A stretch of DNA of 64,000 nt from positions 65,224,001 through 65,288,000 of the forward strand of contig CM097887.1 of NCBI GenBank assembly GCA_044892525.1, read 5' to 3'. The position numbers and the translations under genes were made by a program. Below, piece after piece: positions 41,550-49,811 of the stretch (position 1 is the stretch's first letter; each line of letters starts with the position of its first letter). Below the pieces are notes generated by a model. That model did no database searches. It was given only the letters and a program-made list of their open reading frames with translations, and was not told the origin of the DNA. This stretch comes from Schmidtea polychroa (Eukaryota).

Positions 41550-44500
41550 TTAAGTGAATTTCAGCATCAGATGTGTCAAGTTTTCATTGGAATAGACTCT
41601 GGCAAGTCTTGGAGGTTTGGAAATGTCTTCCCCAATTTGGCGCACCCAAATCTTATCACTATGTTTCACATTTTTCGCGGTTCGCTGCTTGTCGGGTTTC
41701 GAAACAATTGAGCGAAGATTAAGTGGATTTGTTGTTGCTGAATGTGTATTCTCTGTAGCTAAATTTTCATCGCGTTGGTAGTTTGTGATCATGGTACGCG
41801 CGATTTCGTTTGAGTCCGTGGCCGGTTCTACTGAAAGGTTTTCGTTCGACGTAGTTGAAATGGGTTCGACTGAGACTTTCTCTAAATCAGAGTGAAGTTT
41901 GTCTTCGTCCACGTCATCAGAAATCATAAAAGCCGGTTTAAGTCGGCACAAATTTATATTTTGGGTAACACCGTTAATAACGATGTGAGCATTGTTATCC
42001 TTAATGTCGATCAATTTGTAAGGCCCCGAATATCTCGGTTTGAGACCTGAATCCGTAATATTACGAAGATAAACGTGAGTTGCGTCCTTGAAGGACTTTG
42101 GGACGTACGGTGTATATGAGGAAGCATAAGAAAACTGTGGGTTGCTATCGATCGAAAGAAAATGATCTCTAGCCATATCTAATTCCTCAAAGGTAGGAGC
42201 GTTATCGAAATCAACTAATTCGTTAGGTAACGATGTTGAAGAACCAAAAAGTAACTGTGCCGGTGTAGTTCCGGTAGTCCTGGAGGGTGTGTTACGCCAA
42301 CCAAGAAGGACAAAAGGTAAAGCTTTAGTCCAATTAAGTCTCGATGAAAGTATTCCAAGAGAGGTCTTCAAAGTACGGTGAAATCTTTCGATCATGCCGT
42401 TTGTCTGAGGATGGTAAGCAGTTGAACGGAGGTGTTGTATACCGAGCTTTTCAGTTAGCTGTTGAAATAACTGGGATTCAAACTGAGATCCCCTGTCTGT
42501 GATTATTGATTTCGGAACACCGTATCTAGAAATCCAATGTTGCAAAATTGAATTTGCTACAATTTCAGCAGAAATGTTTTTCAGAGGAATAACTTCAAAC
42601 CAACGCGTTTTCCGGTCAATCATAGTTAATAAGTAAGAAAAACCGCGATCAGAAGGCAAGGGGCCGACCAGGTCGATGTGAAGAATTTCGAACCTATTTC
42701 CGGTCGGATAGTGAATCATCTGTGGCTTAGTGTGTCTAGTTATCTTGTGTTGTTGACAACCGATGCACTGACTCACCCACAATTTAATATCGTGCCTCAT
42801 TGCTGGCCAAACGACATGTGAATGCAATAGGTTGAAGGTAGCCGACGAACCTGGATGATGTAAGTCGTGAATGGAGTGGAAAGCTAATTTCCGTAAGGAA
42901 TCGTGCAAAATCGGTCTTAAAACACCTGATAAAGACGAGTCAAAGTGTACTCCGTCCACGATTTCAAGCTTATCGCCAAAAGCAGCTAGATCTTTTGCCG
43001 AAGGTGGATTGTCGCGGAGGCACTGTACTGGAAAAATCGGATCGTGCAATATAGCGTTGGTACTGTGGGAAAGACAGTCTGCAATAACGTTTTCTTTGCC
43101 GGCAATGTGGCGTATTTCGCAAGAAAATTCTGAAATATAACTGATTTGCCTCTGTTGTCGTGGAGATGGGTCTTTCATTCCAAAAAGATAAGTTAGCGGT
43201 TTGTGGTCAGTGTAGATGACAAAAGGACGACCTTCAAGCAAGTGCTTGAAATGTTTGATTGAAAGATATATGCCTAAGAGTTCTCGGTCGAAAGCCGAAT
43301 ATTTCCGTTGAGCGGAAGAAAGTTTCTTTGAGAAAAACTCTAATGGTTCAGAAATGTCATTATGTAATTGGTGTAATACTGCACCAATAGCAACGTTTGA
43401 TGCATCAGTGGTCAGACTCCAAGGTAAATCAGCATTGGGAAAATGGAGTGTTTGAATTTTCGAAAGTGCCGACTTAGCGTTTTCAAATGCACTGAGTGTG
43501 GTATCGCTCCATGACACTAAAGACTTTTTTGGTTTTGAGACGAGACCTGAAAGAGGTGACAAAATGTCAGAAACCCCTGGAATAAAACGATGACAATAGT
43601 TTATCGTTCCCAAAAAACTTCTCAGTTGTGAAACTGTTTTTGGAAGTGGGAATTTGGCTATGGTATCTAGTCTATCCGGAGGAGGTCGGATTCCATCTGC
43701 GGAAATTAAATGTCCCAGGAAACGAGTCTCGTGTTGGAAGAAAGTACACTTATCGACGTTTACCTTAAGGTTGTATTGCCGAAGTGCTGTTAAAGTTCTT
43801 GTTAGATGGGTTTTATGCGTCTCTAAGTCAGGTGATCCGACTAAAATGTCGTCTATGTAAGGAACTGCGAAAGGTAGGTCCATTAAGACTTGATCAATAT
43901 ACCTTTGAAAGGTCTGTGCAGAATTCCGAAGGCCAAATGGCATATGCACGTACTCGAAAAGTCCGATCGGAGTTATTACGGCTGTTTTTTCTATGTCAGA
44001 CTCTCGCACGGGTATCTGATGGTACGCCTTCACGAGGTCGATTGTGGAGAAAATCTTTGCCTTTGAAAGACGGTGAAGGATATCACTAACAAGCGGCATG
44101 CTATAGGAATCATGTACCGTAATAGCATTAAGGTTTCGATAGTCGCCACACGGACGGAAAGTGCCATCTTTTTTTGGGACCAGGTGCAATGGCGATGACC
44201 ATGGAGATTTAGATCTCCGAATGGTACCCTCATGTAAGAGGTTAGTAAACTCGGAACGTACAAATTCGAGTTTTTCATTCGACAGTGGTCTAATTTTGCA
44301 TCTAACTGGTAAAGATGAAGTTGTGTCGATCGTGTGGCAGTAAAGCGGCTTCGAAACGTCACTTATTGGCGTGTTAAAACACCTATTAATAATATCTAAG
44401 GCTATTTTTGGGTGTTCGATTGTTATAACCGTTTTCGACGGAGTAGTATTTATATCGTCCGTTCCTATCCGTTGTGGATCTTCAAAGATGTTTGAGGGAA

Positions 44501-44915
44501 TAGTGCTGCAGTTTAATTGATTATTTATCCTTAAAGTGCGTCCGCGGCAATCTACGAGTAGTTCGTTAGCGCTTAAAAAATCAGATCCTAATATGGGGAT
44601 AATAACCTCTGCTATATAAAATTTCCACTCAAATAATTGGTCGGACAGAAATGGCAACGAGAAAGCAATTGTCTTTGAACCTAAAGTCTCAACAACACTA
44701 CCGTTTGCGGCCTTCAAAGAAATATCGACAGTGTTGAGGTCTGGAAGGTACTCTTTAGGTAAGATCGACAAGCTGGAACCAGTGTCGACAAGGAATTTTA
44801 GTCTGTTGGAAGGAGACGACAATATATTAAAAGCGTTTGACTCTGCTTCTATTAAAAATAAGTCTGATTTCGATGAAATTTTGCCTCCCACCTCTGCCGC
44901 TAGAAGTGGTGGCAT
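41550..44915 (-). CDS. pol: Pol polyprotein (aspartic protease, RT, RNase H, integrase)
   Basis: FLVDTGSS protease; RPCGDYRNLN, MPFGLRNS and YIDDIL RT; TTDASN...DRELLG...TDHKPL RNase H; HDLHHPG...CIGC, HIDLVGP, TDRGSQF and GMIERFHR integrase. Confidence 0.97.
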   Translation of the reverse strand: MPPLLAAEVGGKISSKSDLFLIEAESNAFNILSSPSNRLKFLVDTGSSLSILPKEYLPDLNTVDISLKAANGSVVETLGSKTIAFSLPFLSDQLFEWKFYIAEVIIPILGSDFLSANELLVDCRGRTLRINNQLNCSTIPSNIFEDPQRIGTDDINTTPSKTVITIEHPKIALDIINRCFNTPISDVSKPLYCHTIDTTSSLPVRCKIRPLSNEKLEFVRSEFTNLLHEGTIRRSKSPWSSPLHLVPKKDGTFRPCGDYRNLNAITVHDSYSMPLVSDILHRLSKAKIFSTIDLVKAYHQIPVRESDIEKTAVITPIGLFEYVHMPFGLRNSAQTFQRYIDQVLMDLPFAVPYIDDILVGSPDLETHKTHLTRTLTALRQYNLKVNVDKCTFFQHETRFLGHLISADGIRPPPDRLDTIAKFPLPKTVSQLRSFLGTINYCHRFIPGVSDILSPLSGLVSKPKKSLVSWSDTTLSAFENAKSALSKIQTLHFPNADLPWSLTTDASNVAIGAVLHQLHNDISEPLEFFSKKLSSAQRKYSAFDRELLGIYLSIKHFKHLLEGRPFVIYTDHKPLTYLFGMKDPSPRQQRQISYISEFSCEIRHIAGKENVIADCLSHSTNAILHDPIFPVQCLRDNPPSAKDLAAFGDKLEIVDGVHFDSSLSGVLRPILHDSLRKLAFHSIHDLHHPGSSATFNLLHSHVVWPAMRHDIKLWVSQCIGCQQHKITRHTKPQMIHYPTGNRFEILHIDLVGPLPSDRGFSYLLTMIDRKTRWFEVIPLKNISAEIVANSILQHWISRYGVPKSIITDRGSQFESQLFQQLTEKLGIQHLRSTAYHPQTNGMIERFHRTLKTSLGILSSRLNWTKALPFVLLGWRNTPSRTTGTTPAQLLFGSSTSLPNELVDFDNAPTFEELDMARDHFLSIDSNPQFSYASSYTPYVPKSFKDATHVYLRNITDSGLKPRYSGPYKLIDIKDNNAHIVINGVTQNINLCRLKPAFMISDDVDEDKLHSDLEKVSVEPISTTSNENLSVEPATDSNEIARTMITNYQRDENLATENTHSATTNPLNLRSIVSKPDKQRTAKNVKHSDKIWVRQIGEDISKPPRLARVYSNENLTHLMLKFT

Positions 44916-47713
44916 TATAAGTTTTTTTGATTGCTTGCTTTAGGTTTTGTGTAATTGGAGCAGCCTTCGAAGCATTTTAAGGCTTTATCTCCAAACCTGT
45001 CGTGGTATATGCACTTGTCCAGTATCTGACAGGATGGTGCTTTATCTCGCCAATTGCAACCTAGATGGCAGAACCGTGCCTTGTTACGAAACTTAAAATG
45101 GAAACGGCACAGGTTCCTGGTTGCAGGGGAAGGTGAACGTTGACGAGTATTTTGCACAAAGTGTGATTTTTGGGCATATTGCCTGTCGTCATTTGTCCGC
45201 CTGGTGGACATGCTATTCTCAAGCTCGCTGATGCGTTTAGTGAGACCTGTAATAGCGCAAAGTAAGGCTTCTTCGGTCGAAGGTTTTAAAGAAGAAGAAG
45301 AAGGTAAAATTTCGGGGTTAGTGCTGCTACTTAACTGCACAGAGCAAGTTGGTTGCGGACCAAGTGGCACGACTTCGTTAATCTTGTCGGCCATCTTTGC
45401 TAGCTCTACCACGTCTGCTGTTGACGAAAGCGCTAAAATTTGTTGTGCGTGTGGCGGTAAAGCAGACAGAAAAAATTGCCTCAAGAGTTTTTGATCCGCC
45501 GCAGCCTCCGGGTGTATTTGCGTTAGTTCCGCCATAGCGTGTTGCAAGAACTGTGATGGTTTTCTGCTGCCCAAAGTTTGCGTCTTAAAGTATTTAGTGA
45601 AGACGGCAGCTGTAGGTTCCTTAAAAATATCGAGGATTGCCGTACGCAATTCTTCATATGGGTTTTTTACGCTAGTAGGCGAAGTGCGAAGGATCACGGA
45701 CGAAAGTTTACTTAATATCGTCGGCGGAATCAACGGCAAGATGCGACAGTATTTGTCTCGTGAACTGGTTACCTCGATTCCCTCGAGTGCTAGTTCGGTA
45801 GCTATCAGCCAAGTAAGTGGAGAGTTATTCTCATCCAAAAAATATTGACATAGGTACGTTGATCGCTGGTTGTTGGACCTACGTTTATGTTTTGCCTGTT
45901 TGGGGTTGCTGCCTGAGTCATTCTCCGAATCGGAGGAACCGCCAGAAAGTGGCAACAAGCAATGAATGACGCTGTATGGTGTCACTCCATAGTCGCCCAA
46001 GGTACGACTGTCGGAAAGGATGTTGCCATTATACGACAAGAGAAAACGGCATTTGTGATTTGTCAATATGCTGTAATTTTTAGAAAGACCTCTAATTGTA
46101 GTGTCTGTGTCAACTGAAACGGTTTGTGTCTTATTTGTTACAGGGTTTTCTATTAATATTTGGAACTTTTTGGGCCCCGGTGCGGCGCTACCCTCTCGTG
46201 TGGGCTGATGCTTATTTAAATAATTTATTATAATTTTATATATGATATTAATAATAATATAAATCAATAATAATATAGTATAATTTAATAATAATATAAT
46301 AATATAATTTAGAGGTAATCGATCTAAGGTACCTGGCGGTGCTGACACGGGCATTGCTTGATTGAGTCTCGATTCGCTGGGAGACGGTTTATTATCCTGA
46401 ATAAATGGCTGTCCCGGTGCACGAGAGTTTAATGTGAAAAAATCATTATTCTGTTGCATTAAGAATTCATTTGGATTTGGTCGAAGCATGATGCGTTGTG
46501 GGGCTGTGTATAAGACATCACTCGTTAGCAATTTGTTATTTGGTATATAATTATTGATCGGAGTCATTTTTTTACGATTTTCAACGGCAATCATCTCAGC
46601 CAATGCTTGCCGGGAAACATTAATCGAATCAAAATCTATATCGGCTGTATCTTTATATTTCTGATCGTAATGTGAATTCGGTTTCTCCGAGCCAAATATG
46701 CGATTTATATCCATTTCGTTTCGATCCTGATACTGACCGTAGTTAAGTACACCGTTGTTGTTTGCCTGTTGATTGATGTTGTGATCGTATGACTGATTAT
46801 TATTATTGTTATTCTTGATTGCGGCGTGGTTTTGAGAATTTAACTGGCAGAAACTTTCCAGCAGAGAATTCGACAAACCAACTGAATTCAAACTGTTCAT
46901 AAATGATTTCTGATCTGAAAGCCGTGACAAGGGAGATGTAGAATTCAGTGTACTGTGGAATTCAGTAATATCATTACCAGCTGAGCTATTGAAAGCACTG
47001 AATAGGGGAAATTCGGATTTAGTATCCGATGATTCAGATTGTAATTGAATACTTTTCTTGATAAATTTGAAAGACGATTTATTTATCGGGTCAGCAATTT
47101 GAAATTGACCATTTGGAATATGATTATTATCTGTGATATTTGCAGGGGTCGAAATGGAATCACCTAGAACGACTACGGGATCCAAAGAATCACGATCTGG
47201 AATTGTCTGAGTTAATTTGATATACTCTTCTCGATTCGATGACAAAAAACAGGAATGAGCAATTATCAATTGATCTATCAGCCTATCAATATCATGGGAT
47301 ATAGGATTAAATTTTGATGAAAGTTTTAATTCAGAAAATATTTTGGAAAGCATATGGAACATATTTTGACGTAATTCCGCTGTTCGTTTATGAGAAACTA
47401 ATATAGATTGTATTTCCTGTAATCTGGATTTAGCAATGATATTAGATAAATAAGTTTCTAATTGTTCAAATCTTGAACATTGTTCTGGCACTTCTGACAC
47501 CAATGTTGTACCCGGTAATTTAGCGGCTTTTGACATTCGGTTAGAAACAGGAACACTTTCATTAAAATATGTCATTGAATCCGCAAACTTTTCTTGCATA
47601 TCACACAAATATAATAGTGAATTTTCCAACGCAATTAATATCACAAATTTCAATATATTTAAAGACAGTTCAATTTTTATACACAAATTAGAAATTTTAT
47701 GGAAAAAGTTCAT
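44915..47713 (-). CDS. gag: Extended Gag ORF1: N-terminal extension, TM-like segment, ubiquitin-like domain, capsid, two CHCC motifs
   Basis: 932-codon ORF. The capsid-like region is NSPLTWL...KYCRILPLIP...NPYEELRTAI...LGSRKPSQFL...DVVELAKMAD. The Ubl spans residues 517-592. The true start codon is uncertain because the ORF opens inside the LTR. Confidence 0.9.
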   Translation of the reverse strand: MNFFHKISNLCIKIELSLNILKFVILIALENSLLYLCDMQEKFADSMTYFNESVPVSNRMSKAAKLPGTTLVSEVPEQCSRFEQLETYLSNIIAKSRLQEIQSILVSHKRTAELRQNMFHMLSKIFSELKLSSKFNPISHDIDRLIDQLIIAHSCFLSSNREEYIKLTQTIPDRDSLDPVVVLGDSISTPANITDNNHIPNGQFQIADPINKSSFKFIKKSIQLQSESSDTKSEFPLFSAFNSSAGNDITEFHSTLNSTSPLSRLSDQKSFMNSLNSVGLSNSLLESFCQLNSQNHAAIKNNNNNNQSYDHNINQQANNNGVLNYGQYQDRNEMDINRIFGSEKPNSHYDQKYKDTADIDFDSINVSRQALAEMIAVENRKKMTPINNYIPNNKLLTSDVLYTAPQRIMLRPNPNEFLMQQNNDFFTLNSRAPGQPFIQDNKPSPSESRLNQAMPVSAPPGTLDRLPLNYIIILLLNYTILLLIYIIINIIYKIIINYLNKHQPTREGSAAPGPKKFQILIENPVTNKTQTVSVDTDTTIRGLSKNYSILTNHKCRFLLSYNGNILSDSRTLGDYGVTPYSVIHCLLPLSGGSSDSENDSGSNPKQAKHKRRSNNQRSTYLCQYFLDENNSPLTWLIATELALEGIEVTSSRDKYCRILPLIPPTILSKLSSVILRTSPTSVKNPYEELRTAILDIFKEPTAAVFTKYFKTQTLGSRKPSQFLQHAMAELTQIHPEAAADQKLLRQFFLSALPPHAQQILALSSTADVVELAKMADKINEVVPLGPQPTCSVQLSSSTNPEILPSSSSLKPSTEEALLCAITGLTKRISELENSMSTRRTNDDRQYAQKSHFVQNTRQRSPSPATRNLCRFHFKFRNKARFCHLGCNWRDKAPSCQILDKCIYHDRFGDKALKCFEGCSNYTKPKASNQKNL
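47489..47502 (-). promoter_or_regulatory. Primer-binding site (tRNA-Leu)
   Basis: TGGTGTCAGAAGTG lies one nt after the 5' LTR and is complementary to the tRNA-Leu 3' end ...CACUUCUGACACCA. Confidence 0.85.
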
Positions 47714-48281
47714 TTTTTTTGGAATATATAAACAAGCCGGGAAATCTTTTACAAAATTTCTACATATAAGTAAACAAAATTACAAAGAATACAAAATTAT
47801 GTCATTCGATAAAAAAAAAACAGATTTTTAAAAATATGTAATTTAAAAAGCTTAACGATTTTATAACGTTCGCGTAAGAATTTCAAATAGTCAATTTCTA
47901 ATAATTAAATGCAGAATAAACAAATTTAGGTTTTATATTATTGTTAGGATTTGTTCCGTATTTCGCGAATTGTAATGGATGAGGGTGTTGGTCTATGAGA
48001 GCCAACACTAAAACTATTGGGAGCCGAATACAGTTTATCTTGATAATGATAACATGGCATCGAATTTGCTTTACTCTTCTGAGATTGATTAATAGAGCCT
48101 GATTGATAAGTAGAAGTATTAGCTGATCGCACGAATTTTGATTGACTGTTATTGTGTTCTGTTTGGTCCTTAGTCGCTGGTGACCGCGCATTTATATATA
48201 TAATATAATATCGTATAATATAATATAATATAGTATAATAGGTATATAGATATTGTTAAGGCCGTGTAACGGCTCACTACA
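47504..48281 (-). repeat. 5' LTR (778 bp)
   Basis: Direct repeat of 40604-41380, adjacent to the PBS. Confidence 0.97.
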
Positions 48282-48556
48282 ATATGTAAACCAAAAAAGT
48301 GAAAAAACACCTGCTATATTATTTCTTAAGCGTTATACGGTTCGAAATTTTATAATCTTCCGGGTTCGAGGTTGTGGGAGTTGGCAACCCTAGTATTTAT
48401 GCAAATTTTCTGTAGATCATTTCTACTTTAATATCCCTCATTTAGGAGTTAAACTAATACGGCATCAAAATCTTTAGTAATAAATCATTATCTACTTTAC
48501 GCTTATAGAATATTACAAATGTTAGGTTCGTATAATGGGACATGAGTCATATGAGT

Positions 48557-48893
48557 CAACGTTCCCTCTAAGCTGCGCGCGTGCGTGCGCGCGCAGCAAA
48601 ATTATTTTCAGCGCAGTATATTTTATTTTTTATTTTATTTTCACCTTCCATTTAACATATTTATTATAAAACATTACGAATTTTTGATACTCAATATTAT
48701 TGTGTGGTTCATTTTGAATATTTAAAAATTTTCAATGTTAATAACCAGATGCATAATAACGGTATATTTCTGTAGTGTCGTTTTAAAACTCTTACAACCA
48801 CGTTATAGCATTTTGACGCTCATTTGTATTTAAAGGCTGCTCAGCGCAGCTGACTTTGCGCGCACTGCTGCTTATGGCTTAGAGGGAACATTG
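48557..48893. mobile_element. hAT-type MITE
   Basis: TIR CAACGTTCCCTCTAAGC / GCTTAGAGGGAACATTG with GCGC-rich subterminal repeats; imperfect ATATGA-containing TSD. Confidence 0.75.
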
Positions 48894-49681
48894 GATATGA
48901 CTAGCACTTTTCCTAACAATCCCTTCTTAATAGTTAACAGGAGAAAGAAAGTAACAAAAAGATTACTGGTGCTCCGCTTTATATGAAATGAATTTATTTA
49001 AGTAAGTGTAAGCAAGTAATAAGACCACTGTAGCGAATTGAAAACACGTAAGAACGAATACTAGACACAATTTATTAGAACAAATTGATGATAAATATCG
49101 GATTTCGAATCTTTTGTGTAAATGTCTTCTTTTTCTTCTTTTGCATTTTAAAAGTACTCTCATAATCTCAATTTAAAAATTTAAACAAATTCTTTTTCCT
49201 AAAATATTTAATTAATTCATTAATAAATAAATTAAATATTTTGTATTGTGCAGGCACTACAGCCACAATTGAATGAGGAATATCACAATAATTTTCAAAA
49301 CCTGGCGTCAATATTGAATAATTTCAATTTATTCAAATTTTGATTCGATAACAATTATAATGTTCTGGGATGGATTACTGCCCCCTCTAATTGATTTAGA
49401 ATTCGAAATTGCGATTTGTAATTTTTAGGAAAATTCTTTTTTGTCAATATTTACGGTTAACTTCTATTAGAGCTAATTATATTTATACTAAATATAGTTT
49501 TCCATAAATAGTAATATTAAATTACTTTAAATCAGGGGTCTCAAACACGCGGCCCGCTGCGTTACATTTGGCGGCCCGCAACGAAAAAACATAGATTTGT
49601 AATTTAACCAAACTTATTTAACAATTAAAATCATAATTGGCTGTATAAATTAAAACTTATCTTTTTAATTATTTTTATTTG

Positions 49682-49811
49682 NNNNNNNNNNNNNNNNNNN
49701 NNNNNNNNNNNNNNNNNNNNNNNNNNNNNNNNNNNNNNNNNNNNNNNNNNNNNNNNNNNNNNNNNNNNNNNNNNNNNNNNNNNNNNNNNNNNNNNNNNNN
49801 NNNNNNNNNNN
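49682..49811. other. Assembly gap (N run)
   Basis: Run of N. Confidence 0.99.

Larger units (their letters stand above)
40604..48281 (-). mobile_element. Full-length intact Ty3/gypsy LTR retrotransposon (CsRn1-like clade)
   Basis: LTRs 47504-48281 (5') and 40604-41380 (3') have TGTAG...CAACA ends. There is a 5-bp TSD ATATG, a PBS, uninterrupted gag and pol, PR-RT-RH-IN domain order and CX2HX9CX3C (CHCC) Gag motifs. Confidence 0.97.
40269..48392. mobile_element. ~440-bp hAT-type MITE split by the Gypsy insertion
   Basis: TIR TAGGCTTGCCAACT / AGTTGGCAACCCTA; perfect 8-bp TSD GTATTTAT (40261-40268, 48393-48400). Confidence 0.88.

Noticed and set aside
42871-45848. Plus-strand ORFs overlapping gag/pol
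   Set aside because: These are antisense shadows of a relatively GC-rich coding region, with no independent motifs.
46205-46332. AT-rich tract in ORF1 interpreted as an intron
   Set aside because: The available GT-AG pairs give 122 or 128 nt, which would frameshift the Ubl-gag; kept as a TM candidate pending RNA data.
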